Positions 1-8,545 of a stretch of 37,529 nt of DNA are shown piece by piece; position 1 is the first letter of the stretch, and every line of letters begins with the position of its first letter. The notes beneath the pieces were generated by a model. That model made no database searches. It saw only the letters and a list, made by a program, of their open reading frames with translations, and was not told where the DNA came from. The stretch is taken from sequence record SRR31156797_4599; one strand, 5' to 3'. The translations under genes were made by a program, and so were the position numbers.

Positions 1-67
1 CCCCTCCGGTCCCGGTAAGGGAGCTTGTAAGATGGCTGGTCTGCCTAAGCCTACCGGCTGCGTTTAG
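1..67 (+). CDS. dsrC: DsrC (TusE/DsrC/DsvC family) sulfur-relay protein, 3' end only
   Basis: Frame starting at base 2 reads PSGPGKGACKMAGLPKPTGCV-stop (TAG 65-67). This is the DsrC C-terminal arm with two Cys in C-x10-C spacing. Not in the ORF track because it is truncated by the window edge. Confidence 0.95.
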   Translation, partial: PSGPGKGACKMAGLPKPTGCV

Positions 68-91
68 TTCCAGACAGCTTTCAGAATATTT

Positions 92-124
92 GGGCGGGAT
101 CCTCGCGGTCCCGCCTTTTTTATT
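92..124 (+). terminator. Intrinsic terminator of dsrC
   Basis: GGCGGGATC-ctcgc-GGTCCCGCC stem followed by TTTTTTATT. Confidence 0.85.
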
Positions 125-135
125 CGAAGATGAAT

Positions 136-272
136 GATAGACAGGTGACTGGTGACGATCCGGTTATTGAGAGGAAATGGGGATTGTATGTATTCCCGGT
201 TTGATAGCTGGATCGTCAGTAGGCAACTGTTTGTCTGCTCGTTCCGGCCGCTTGACGTATGTTAGGCGGGCC
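136..272 (+). ncRNA. Candidate structured RNA (long imperfect hairpin 136-235 plus a second hairpin at about 248-269), identity unknown
   Basis: 136-171 pairs ungapped with 200-235 at 33 of 36 positions (25 Watson-Crick, 8 G-U). The G-U bias favours a + strand RNA. I recognise no family. Confidence 0.4.
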
Positions 273-317
273 TGTTAACTTATTGCACCAAAAATTGCGG
301 AACTGGGCAAATAAAGC

Positions 318-346
318 TTGCATATTCTCATGTGCAGGTGTATTCG
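318..346 (+). promoter_or_regulatory. Putative sigma70 promoter of rpmE
   Basis: TTGCAT-N17-TATTCG about 40 nt upstream of the start codon; the -10 box is weak. Confidence 0.35.
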
Positions 347-383
347 GCCTTGTTTTCACGGTTAACAAAGACAGGAGAAAGTC

Positions 384-614
384 ATGAAAAAAGATATCCA
401 TCCTAAACTTCATAAGGCAACTGTACGCTGCCACTGCGGTTATGAGTCCGAACTCTACTCCACCATCGGTGAAGAGGTGAGCACTGAAATTTGTTCCAAC
501 TGCCACCCTTTTTACACTGGTAAGCAGCGTTTTGTTGATACCGCTGGTCGTATTGACCGCTTCAAGAAGAAGTTTGGTAGCTTCGACGCAGCAAGCAAAG
601 TTAAGGGCAACTAG
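384..614 (+). CDS. rpmE: 50S ribosomal protein L31 (zinc-binding C+ type)
   Basis: MKKDIHP start, CHC and [12 protein letters not shown] motifs, GRIDRF; AGGAG ribosome-binding site. Confidence 0.97.
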   Translation: MKKDIHPKLHKATVRCHCGYESELYSTIGEEVSTEICSNCHPFYTGKQRFVDTAGRIDRFKKKFGSFDAASKVKGN

Positions 615-642
615 CTCATATTTCTGCGGTTTTGCCGCGTGA

Positions 643-686
643 ACATGCCTCTGCCGTATTATACGGTAGAGGCATGTCCTTTTTTT
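643..686 (+). terminator. Intrinsic terminator after rpmE
   Basis: ACATGCCTCTGCCGTA-tta-TACGGTAGAGGCATGT stem, then CC and a T7 run. Confidence 0.85.
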
Positions 687-860
687 GAACATTTTAGAGT
701 CCTGCATCGTAGCCGGGTGGGACATTTCAAATCCCTCCCCGCTGTATTCTTTTGTAATGATATTCAATTTCAGTCTTGCTTGACGGCTGTTAATGATTAT
801 TTTACCTGAGAACATTACTTTTTTACGGACCGTCAGGTCCTTATCAGTGAGGAAACGGAT

Positions 861-1808
861 TTGAAATTACCTCTTCTTATGTCCGCTGCCAAAACCGTTG
901 GCGGACAGGCTGTTATCGAAGGCGTTATGATGCGCGCAAAGGACAATCTTGCCATCGCTGTCCGTCGTCCTGACGGTGAAATTACTGTTGAACTCCGCCC
1001 TTGGTTCTCAATGACACCCGCGTTTATGAAAAAACCTTTTCTGCGCGGTTTTCCAATTTTTATGGAGACCATGGTTAATGGAGTTAAAGCTCTGAACTAT
1101 TCCGCAACACAGGCTCTTGATGAGGAGGAAGATGGCGAACTGACCACCTTTCATCTTGTGCTGACCATGGCCATTGCCCTTGGTGCTGCTCTGGGGCTTT
1201 TTGTTGTGCTGCCGCACTTTTTTTCTGTAGCCATGAAATGGTGGGGTGTGTCCGGCGGTGTGGATTCTTTGAGTTTCCACATCTGGGATGGCTTTTTTAA
1301 GATGCTTATGTTTCTCGGCTACATTGTCTCCATTTCGTTCGTGCCGGATATCAAGCGTGTGTTTGAATATCACGGTGCGGAGCACAAGGCTATCTGGGCT
1401 TATGAAGCTGGCGGCAATCTTGAGGTTTGCGATATTAAAAAATTCAGCAGGCTCCATCCCCGCTGTGGAACAGCATTTTTGCTTTTCGTGCTGGTGGTGA
1501 GTATTCTGCTTTTTACCGTGCTGGTTCCCCTGATCGTGGCTATCTGGGCTCCGCAAGGTTTCATGCTTAAACATTTATATATAGTCGGTATCAAGCTGCT
1601 GCTGATGGCTCCTGTAAGTGCGGTCGCCTATGAGATGATCAAGGTGTCTTCCAAGCATGAGGACAAAGCTCTGTGCAAGGCTGCCTGCCTGCCGGGGATG
1701 GGAATGCAGCTGCTGACTACCCGTGAGCCGGACGAAGAGCAGATTGAAGTTGCTCTCGCGGCACTTAATACGGCGGTTGCTGCCGATGCTGATGGAGGAA
1801 ACAGCTGA
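861..1808 (+). CDS. DUF1385 (YqhQ-like) integral membrane protein, possible metalloprotein
   Basis: [13 protein letters not shown]-terminal motif, [15 protein letters not shown] and QLLTTREP motifs, several TM segments. TTG start with GAGG upstream; the ATG at 879 is an alternative. Stop overlaps the prfA start (TGATG). Confidence 0.9.
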   Translation: MKLPLLMSAAKTVGGQAVIEGVMMRAKDNLAIAVRRPDGEITVELRPWFSMTPAFMKKPFLRGFPIFMETMVNGVKALNYSATQALDEEEDGELTTFHLVLTMAIALGAALGLFVVLPHFFSVAMKWWGVSGGVDSLSFHIWDGFFKMLMFLGYIVSISFVPDIKRVFEYHGAEHKAIWAYEAGGNLEVCDIKKFSRLHPRCGTAFLLFVLVVSILLFTVLVPLIVAIWAPQGFMLKHLYIVGIKLLLMAPVSAVAYEMIKVSSKHEDKALCKAACLPGMGMQLLTTREPDEEQIEVALAALNTAVAADADGGNS

Positions 1809-2881
1809 TGTTTGCCAAATTGGAAGATATTGAACGCTCTTTCATGGATCTGGAGCAGGAGCTTGCAGACCCGGAAGTTTATAATAATCAGGACCGCTAC
1901 CGCAAAGTAACCATGGCTCATGCTGAGCTGGGTGACGTTGTGGAAGTATTCCGTGAGTACAAGAAGCTTTCCGCCGACCTTGAAGATAACAAGGAAATGG
2001 CCAAGGATTCCGATCCCGAAATCCGTGAGATGGCTGAGATGGAAATTGCTGAAATCAAGGATCGTCTGCCTAAGCTGGAAGAAGAACTCAAGCTTCTCCT
2101 ACTCCCCAAAGACCCTATGGACGGCAAGAACATCATTCTTGAAATCCGTGCCGGTACCGGCGGTGAAGAAGCAGCTCTTTTTGCTGCTGACCTTTTCCGT
2201 ATGTATTCCCGATTTGCTGAATCCAACGGCTGGAAGGTTGAAGTTATGAACTCCAACCCCACCGGCACAGGCGGTTTCAAGGAAATCATCGCAGCGATCA
2301 GCGGTAGCCGCATTTACTCTAAGATGAAGTACGAGTCCGGTACTCATCGTGTTCAGCGTGTTCCTGCTACTGAAACTCAGGGCCGTATCCACACCTCCGC
2401 AGCGACTGTTGCGATCATGCCTGAAGCCGAGGAAGTTGACGTACAGGTGCGTAACGAAGATTTGCGTATCGATGTTTTTCGCGCATCCGGTCCCGGCGGT
2501 CAGTCCGTTAACACCACTGATTCTGCTATACGTATTACCCATCTTCCCACCGGGCTGGTTGTTATCTGTCAGGACGAAAAGTCCCAGCACAAGAACAAGG
2601 CCAAAGCTATGAAGGTTCTATGTTCGCGTCTCTTGCAGGCTGAGCAGGATAAGCAGCATGCGGAAATGGCAGAGCAGCGCCGTGCACAGGTTGGTTCCGG
2701 TGACCGTTCCGAACGTATTCGTACTTATAACTTTCCGCAGGGTAGGATTACTGATCATCGCATTAACCTGACTCTCTACAAACTTGATGCAGTGATGGAA
2801 GGTGACATGAATGAAGTTGTTGATGCCCTTATCGGTCACTATCAGTCCGAAGCATTGAAGCAACAGGCTCAGGACGGTTAA
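1808..2881 (+). CDS. prfA: Peptide chain release factor 1
   Basis: GPGGQSVN catalytic motif, RVPAT (PxT, RF1-specific), [21 protein letters not shown]. Confidence 0.98.
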   Translation: MFAKLEDIERSFMDLEQELADPEVYNNQDRYRKVTMAHAELGDVVEVFREYKKLSADLEDNKEMAKDSDPEIREMAEMEIAEIKDRLPKLEEELKLLLLPKDPMDGKNIILEIRAGTGGEEAALFAADLFRMYSRFAESNGWKVEVMNSNPTGTGGFKEIIAAISGSRIYSKMKYESGTHRVQRVPATETQGRIHTSAATVAIMPEAEEVDVQVRNEDLRIDVFRASGPGGQSVNTTDSAIRITHLPTGLVVICQDEKSQHKNKAKAMKVLCSRLLQAEQDKQHAEMAEQRRAQVGSGDRSERIRTYNFPQGRITDHRINLTLYKLDAVMEGDMNEVVDALIGHYQSEALKQQAQDG

Positions 2882-2903
2882 GTTTTTCTAGTTTAGAATC
2901 TTC

Positions 2904-2944
2904 GGGCGGGATGTTTTTCGAAATATCCCGCTCTTTTTATTTTT
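2904..2944 (+). terminator. Intrinsic terminator between prfA and prmC
   Basis: GGGCGGGATGTTT-ttcg-AAATATCCCGCTC followed by TTTTTATTTTT. Confidence 0.75.
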
Positions 2945-2956
2945 CGGGGATTTGGT

Positions 2957-3820
2957 TTGGCTGATCTAAAATTAAAAGAAGTTCTTTCCAAAGCCACCGC
3001 TTTATTGAATGAAGCCGGGGTTGATTCTCCTGCTTTGTCTGCGCAGCTGTTTGCAGAGAAGGTTTTTGGGCTGAGTCGAGTGCAATTGATTATGGAGCTG
3101 GAGAGCTCGGTTGACTCTGAAAAGGCTGTTGAATTTGATACGCTGGTAAAGCGCAGGGCTTCGGGTGAACCGGCGGCTTATATTCTGGGCGTGAAGGAAT
3201 TTTTCGGGCTGGAATTTAAGGTTGGACCCGGGGTGCTGATTCCGCGTCCCGAGACCGAGGAGATTGTTGAGAAGGTTCAGCAGTTTTTCAACTCAGATGA
3301 TGACTTTTTGTTTGCTGATTTTGGCACCGGATCGGGAATTTTGGCGGTGACAGTGGCAAAGTTTTTCCCCAAAGCGCGTGGGGTGGCGGTTGATCTCAGT
3401 CCTGCTGCCTTGACAATTGCGCAAGAGAATGCACGGTTGCATGGTGTGGCAGAACGGGTGCTGTTTGTGCAGGCTGATTTCAATGAACCACTATTGGCTG
3501 ACATTAAGTTTGACTTAATTTTGGCAAATCCACCTTATCTTTGTGAGGCGGAGTTGGATGAAATAAGCTATGAAGTTGCGGAATTCGAGCCTGTTTCAGC
3601 GCTGGTCAGCGGCCCTGACGGTGATGAGGATATCAAAGGCAGTGCCCCGCGTATTGCCAGTGCTTTGAAACAGGGCGGCACCGTGTTTATGGAAATCGGT
3701 TATCTGCAGGGGCTGGTAGCACATAATATTTTTGACTCCTGCGTGGAGTTTTCTGGTCATGTTGAGGTTCAAAAAGACCTTTCCAACCATGACCGGATCG
3801 TTGTGGCAAAAAAGAGATAG
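2957..3820 (+). CDS. prmC: Release factor N5-glutamine methyltransferase PrmC/HemK
   Basis: VLIPRPETE, DFGTGSG SAM-binding motif, NPPY; follows prfA. TTG start. Confidence 0.96.
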   Translation: MADLKLKEVLSKATALLNEAGVDSPALSAQLFAEKVFGLSRVQLIMELESSVDSEKAVEFDTLVKRRASGEPAAYILGVKEFFGLEFKVGPGVLIPRPETEEIVEKVQQFFNSDDDFLFADFGTGSGILAVTVAKFFPKARGVAVDLSPAALTIAQENARLHGVAERVLFVQADFNEPLLADIKFDLILANPPYLCEAELDEISYEVAEFEPVSALVSGPDGDEDIKGSAPRIASALKQGGTVFMEIGYLQGLVAHNIFDSCVEFSGHVEVQKDLSNHDRIVVAKKR

Positions 3821-3865
3821 CTTTGCTGCATGTTTGCAAAAAAACCACAATGAATGTTTCAGGTT

Positions 3866-3881
3866 GTTGTAAAAATACAAC
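3866..3881. promoter_or_regulatory. Perfect palindrome, putative enhancer-binding-protein site for lpxC
   Basis: GTTGTA-AAAA-TACAAC about 75-90 bp upstream of a sigma54 -24 box. Confidence 0.6.
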
Positions 3882-3954
3882 TAGTTACAGATTGTGAAAT
3901 AAATTTCAATATAAAAAGTTAGTAAAGATAGATGTTTATAGATATTGATGCAAA

Positions 3955-3970
3955 TGGCATGTTATTTGCT
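3955..3970 (+). promoter_or_regulatory. Sigma54 (-24/-12) promoter of lpxC
   Basis: TGGCATGTTATTTGCT, i.e. GG-N10-GC with TTGCT, 25 nt before the ATG. Confidence 0.8.
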
Positions 3971-3995
3971 GTAAAGATAGTTAACAGGAGATAAT

Positions 3996-4922
3996 ATGCT
4001 ACAAACAACTATTCAGAATACAGTAAGATGCAAGGGTATCGGTCTTCACAGCGGTAAGCAGGTGGAAATCGTACTCAGACCAGCTGTAGCAGATACCGGT
4101 ATTCTTTTTTCTGTTCATACCGGTTCCGGAAGTTCTTTTATCACTCCCAATCCTAATCTGGTTGTAGCCACCGGACTTGCCACTACCATTGGTAACGGGC
4201 AGGATTCTGTTTCCACTGTTGAGCACCTTTTCGCCGCTGTGCGCGGGATGGGTATCGATAATATTCATGTTGAAGTAAGAGGCAATGAACTGCCCATTAT
4301 GGATGGCAGTGCCGGACCTTTTGTTTATCTGCTCCGTCAGGCCGGTGTGCGTGAACTTTCCAAGTCACGTAAAGTGCTGGCTGTGACCAAATCCATTAAT
4401 TTCGAGCAGGATGGCAAGTACGTCAGAGCTTTTCCACATGACGGATTCGCTGTTGATTACACTATTGATTTTGAACATCCTCAGATTGGTAAACAAACTC
4501 TCTCACTCGAAATTACTCCTGATGTTTTTATGGATGAACTCGCAAAAGCCAGAACCTTCGGCTTTTTGAAAGAGGTTGAATATCTGCATGCCAACGGGCT
4601 TGCTCTTGGCGGTTCTCTTGATAACGCTGTTGTTCTTGATGATTACGGTATTTTAAATGACGGCGGCCTGCGCTTTGCTGATGAGTTTGTAAGGCATAAA
4701 ATGCTGGATTTCATTGGTGATATGGCTGTTCTTGAAGCTCCTCTGCAAGGACGTTTTGAAGTCTATGCCTCTGGGCATGCTTTGAATAATGCCTTTTTGA
4801 GGTATCTGCATGAAAATGCAGTGGATTATCTGGAAGAGCGCTTACTTGAACCCGCTTCCGGCAAAGCTGAGGAAAAAGTTTTTGCTCCGGTCGCTCCGGC
4901 AGCTGTTCCTGCACCAGCCTAG
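3996..4922 (+). CDS. lpxC: UDP-3-O-acyl-N-acetylglucosamine deacetylase
   Basis: GIGLHSG, STVEHL, ELPIMDGSA, ARTFGF, RHKMLD zinc motif, GHALN. Confidence 0.97.
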   Translation: MLQTTIQNTVRCKGIGLHSGKQVEIVLRPAVADTGILFSVHTGSGSSFITPNPNLVVATGLATTIGNGQDSVSTVEHLFAAVRGMGIDNIHVEVRGNELPIMDGSAGPFVYLLRQAGVRELSKSRKVLAVTKSINFEQDGKYVRAFPHDGFAVDYTIDFEHPQIGKQTLSLEITPDVFMDELAKARTFGFLKEVEYLHANGLALGGSLDNAVVLDDYGILNDGGLRFADEFVRHKMLDFIGDMAVLEAPLQGRFEVYASGHALNNAFLRYLHENAVDYLEERLLEPASGKAEEKVFAPVAPAAVPAPA

Positions 4923-4944
4923 CAGTAAATTTGCAATAAAATTT

Positions 4945-4977
4945 GAAGGCCCGCCTTTTTTGGCGGGTCTTTTTTTT
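4945..4977 (+). terminator. Intrinsic terminator after lpxC
   Basis: AAGGCCCGCC-tttttt-GGCGGGTCTT followed by a T run. Confidence 0.85.
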
Positions 4978-5088
4978 GCTGTTATGCAGATATTTACGGG
5001 ACAGGCTTGACTACAGTGTATGCAGCGGTAAAAATGGTTGTATTGATTTTAATAGCCTGTCGGTATTTTTATATTTGAAGGAGAATTC

Positions 5089-7221
5089 ATGTTCCGGTCA
5101 ATCAGCACTAGAATTTCATATATAGTAGCAGCTGTTGTTATTGTTTCTTCTATTGTTACGCTTGTTTTTACGAGTTCAACTCTGGAAGAAGACATGGCGC
5201 ATTTTCAGGGGCGGACAGCCCGGAACACAATCAGGGTTGGGATGCTTTATCTGCAGGAAGGGCACCAGGCTCTTGATCGTTATCGCCAACATGCGTTCCA
5301 AGACCGTAAGCAAGCTATCAAAGATGCGATGACTATTTTTCTTGCTCAGGTCGGTAGTTATTATGAATTGTACAAGTCCGGAAAGCTTAGCGAGAGTGAA
5401 GCCAAGGAAGCTGCGTTCAAGCTTGCCCGTAATACACGGTATTTTAATAATGACTATTTCTTTATTTATACCGACAAATTAAAAGCCTTAGCTCACCCGG
5501 ATCGTTCTCTTGAAGGTCGTGACTTATCGAATGGTGTTGATAGAAATGGTTATCCTTATGGCCCTGATATGATAAGGAAAGCTACTCGTGAAGGCGGTGG
5601 TTTTGTGAATCTACTCTGGACCAGACTGGGTGAGAATGACAATATTTCTAAAATCTTATATGTAAAAGGGTTTCCGAAATGGGGCTGGATTATCGGAACC
5701 GGGGCCTATGTGGATGATATTGAAGGGGCGGTCGAACGGCAGAAACAGGATCTGATTCGTGATATGCGCAAGGGATTTTCGCAAATCAGATTGGCAGAAA
5801 CCGGCCGTCTTTTTATTTTCAATAATAATAAGGAAGTGCTTGTTCCGCCTTTGGGGGCCGGACCTGGTTTTGCTAAAACTTTGAATCTGGATACCGGCAA
5901 TACTTTAATGCATGACCTTAAAGAAGTGGGCAAACTTGGAGATTGGCGCCTGAATTACCGGGTGCGTCGTCAAGATGGTGAAATTGTCGAGTGTCAATCT
6001 TATGTCCGCTATTTTGCGCCCTTGGGCTGGTACGTGGCGTCAACAGTGCCCACGCAAGAAATTTATGCTCCTGTAGAAGATTTGATTTTAAAGCAGGGTG
6101 GAATCAGCTTTATCATTTTGCTGATGACTATCGGGGTCATTTATTATGTGATCCGCAGAATTTGTTTGCCTATCCGTAGTGTTTCCAAGGTAGCGCATCA
6201 TGTTTCTAAAGGTGATCTGCGCGAAGCCAAAAAAGTTTTTGCCATGGCTACGGATAAAGGCCACTTGAAAAAAGTTGTTGATTCTTTTGAGACAGGGAAA
6301 GAAAAACGTTTTGATGAGGTGGACCACCTTGTAAAATCTATCCACACCATGCTGCTGACTTTGAATTCGCTGGTTAGTCAGGTGCAAACGTCCGGGGATC
6401 AGGTTACCGGTTCTGCCTTGAAGCTTGGCACTGCTATTAATCAGCTTGAAGTTGCTGTGGAAAATCAGGCTGCCGCAACTCAGGAGCTGGGCAGTTCTTC
6501 CCGTGAGATTTCGGCCACATCGCAGGAATTGGCTCGGACTATGAACGAATCTACTTCTGTAGCTGTTTCCACCGGGGAACTGGCAGCACAGGGAGTTCGT
6601 GATTTAGGTGAAATGGGCGTAACCATGGATGCCATGCGCGATGCTTCCGGCGGTATTTTTTCTAAGCTTTCAGTGATCAATTCCAAAGCGGCTAATATCA
6701 GTTCAGTGGTGACTTCTATTTCTAAGATCTCAGAGCAGATCAACCTGTTGTCTTTGAATGCGGCAATCGAAGCGGAAAAGGCAGGGGAGTTCGGGCAGGG
6801 ATTTTCCGTTGTAGCCCGCGAAATACGTAAGCTTGCCGACCAGACAGCCATGTCCACCCTTGATATTGAAAAGATTGTGGCTGAAATGCTTTCAGCCGTT
6901 TCCGCCGGGGTTATGGAAATGGATAAATTCCGTAAGCAGGTCGAGAACGGGGTCAGCAATGTAGCTGTGCTTGGAGATGGAATTACCGGGGTAGTAAATC
7001 AGGTGCAGACACTGACTCCACGTTTTGAATCTGTAAACGAAGGGATGCAGAACCAGAGCGAGGGAGCCGAGCAAATCAGTAAAGCTATGGTTCAGCTTAG
7101 TGATACTTCCATTCAGACAAAAGACGCTCTGACCGAATTTGTGGCCATCACTGAGCAGCTTTCTAGCTCAGTTGCCAGTCTTGAAGAGGAAGTGGCCGCT
7201 TTTCAGGTAGAGAAGGACTAG
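5089..7221 (+). CDS. Methyl-accepting chemotaxis protein with Cache-type periplasmic sensor and HAMP domain
   Basis: Two TM helices flank a Cache-like region (YFFIY..HP..EG, WGWIIGTGAY). Signalling hairpin INLLSLNAAIEAEKAGEFGQGFSVVAREIRKLA. Confidence 0.93.
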   Translation: MFRSISTRISYIVAAVVIVSSIVTLVFTSSTLEEDMAHFQGRTARNTIRVGMLYLQEGHQALDRYRQHAFQDRKQAIKDAMTIFLAQVGSYYELYKSGKLSESEAKEAAFKLARNTRYFNNDYFFIYTDKLKALAHPDRSLEGRDLSNGVDRNGYPYGPDMIRKATREGGGFVNLLWTRLGENDNISKILYVKGFPKWGWIIGTGAYVDDIEGAVERQKQDLIRDMRKGFSQIRLAETGRLFIFNNNKEVLVPPLGAGPGFAKTLNLDTGNTLMHDLKEVGKLGDWRLNYRVRRQDGEIVECQSYVRYFAPLGWYVASTVPTQEIYAPVEDLILKQGGISFIILLMTIGVIYYVIRRICLPIRSVSKVAHHVSKGDLREAKKVFAMATDKGHLKKVVDSFETGKEKRFDEVDHLVKSIHTMLLTLNSLVSQVQTSGDQVTGSALKLGTAINQLEVAVENQAAATQELGSSSREISATSQELARTMNESTSVAVSTGELAAQGVRDLGEMGVTMDAMRDASGGIFSKLSVINSKAANISSVVTSISKISEQINLLSLNAAIEAEKAGEFGQGFSVVAREIRKLADQTAMSTLDIEKIVAEMLSAVSAGVMEMDKFRKQVENGVSNVAVLGDGITGVVNQVQTLTPRFESVNEGMQNQSEGAEQISKAMVQLSDTSIQTKDALTEFVAITEQLSSSVASLEEEVAAFQVEKD

Positions 7222-8051
7222 CCGGAGAACAGTTCTGGGAGAATTCCGCCTGCGTTGTGGGGCGGGATGTGTTCTATGCCGAGGAATTCGGGAAAAGAAT
7301 CTTTGAATTTTTGTTCCAACAGGGATCTAAGACGAGGATCGTCGGCCAGCAGCTTGAATCCGCATTGCGGTTTTTTGTACATGACTTTAAAACGCGCTGG
7401 ACTGGACGGGGGTAGGTCCAGTGAGAATAGCAGTTCGTAGAAAGAGTTGTCCGAGTTTATTTCATCAACTCTGGTCTTGAGTACTATTTCCTGATTGAGG
7501 CCGCAGGGTACAAGCCATGGCATGTAATAGAGTCTGGTTGATTTTAGAACTGAATTGAGTTTTGCGGCACATTTAAGCGTTTTGAAAAATATTACTGCTG
7601 TTTTTACATCATCTTCCAGCAGATTCAGGAATCGTTCTTTGCGGTCAGCTGCGTTGGCAATTTTCTCTGCATTGAGTTTTTTGAAGATAGAGTTGGCTTG
7701 TGATTGAAATGCAGCTCGGTTGCTGACGAATTCACGTGTCACGGCAGCCGGATTTATGTATGCACCCTGACCGTTAAGATGATCGGGGTTTATTTCTTTA
7801 AGGATGATGTCCGGGTAAAGTTGCTCAACATGAAAGGTTAGAATGTCACCGGGGGCTGCGTTGGTTTGTATGGAGGCCAGTAGTTCCAAGTCTTCAATAA
7901 TTACCCAACCGAGTTTGGGCTGATACCATTTTATCAGTTTGCCTTGCAGGATATCACCCATAGCAAATCTTTTACGGAATATGGCAGAGCGTGCAGATGA
8001 TTTGTTGCCGCCTCTACTGAATCCACGGTTTCCATATCTTGAAATTTTCAT
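7218..8051 (-). CDS. Hypothetical protein at the end of the flagellar cluster, possibly FliK-like
   Basis: 277-aa ORF 6 nt after the upstream gene. Basic Gly/Ser N-terminus, then a beta-rich segment (GDILQG..WVIIEDLELLA..PGDILTFHVEQLYPDIILKE). Confidence 0.7.
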   Translation of the reverse strand: MKISRYGNRGFSRGGNKSSARSAIFRKRFAMGDILQGKLIKWYQPKLGWVIIEDLELLASIQTNAAPGDILTFHVEQLYPDIILKEINPDHLNGQGAYINPAAVTREFVSNRAAFQSQANSIFKKLNAEKIANAADRKERFLNLLEDDVKTAVIFFKTLKCAAKLNSVLKSTRLYYMPWLVPCGLNQEIVLKTRVDEINSDNSFYELLFSLDLPPSSPARFKVMYKKPQCGFKLLADDPRLRSLLEQKFKDSFPEFLGIEHIPPHNAGGILPELFSG

Positions 8052-8057
8052 GACATC

Positions 8058-8468
8058 TTAGCTATGCTGATCTATAATCAGCTCAACCTCTTCAATAGAG
8101 AGTCCAGTGGCTTTGGCGAGCCTGCTGACGGGCTTTCCTTCTTTGTGTCCGGTAAGGATGATCTGGCGCAGGAATTGCGGGGAGCGTGAAAATTCTTCAG
8201 CCTGAGCCAGTATCTTTTTCAATTTCTTTGATTTGCGGTCAAGCATCATATCCAACTGGGCCAGCTCTTCTTGCCGTTCGGCAAACGTATTCATCATTTC
8301 ATTTTCGAGCTGGGTGTTAAATTGAAGCTTCTTGACAAATTCCTCCTGCTTGACCTGAAGCTGGGTTACCAGTTCTTCGGACTTGCGCAGCCTGAGGAAG
8401 AAAAAGATTACGGCGATAAGCAGAGCTATCTCGGTTACGGAAAAGAAAATGAGCAGGAATACAGTCAT
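8058..8468 (-). CDS. Membrane-anchored coiled-coil protein with a DUF2802/DUF6115-like C-terminus (FipA/SwrB-like)
   Basis: N-terminal hydrophobic anchor, central coiled coil, C-terminal GKPVSRLAKATGLSIEEVELII helix-turn-helix-like motif; lies in the flhF/fliA cluster. Confidence 0.7.
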   Translation of the reverse strand: MTVFLLIFFSVTEIALLIAVIFFFLRLRKSEELVTQLQVKQEEFVKKLQFNTQLENEMMNTFAERQEELAQLDMMLDRKSKKLKKILAQAEEFSRSPQFLRQIILTGHKEGKPVSRLAKATGLSIEEVELIIDQHS

Positions 8469-8545
8469 AATTAGCTATGGTAGAGGTTCGTTGAATCCAT
8501 ATCAGTTTGCCCTGTTTGCAGAAGAAGGGCAATAGGTGCGCAAAC

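Noticed and set aside
713-745. Imperfect GC-rich inverted repeat downstream of the rpmE terminator
   Set aside because: Short, two mismatches, no immediate U tract; could arise by chance.
216-815. 199-aa minus-strand ORF across rpmE
   Set aside because: Antisense to rpmE and runs through its terminator; no RBS or family motif.
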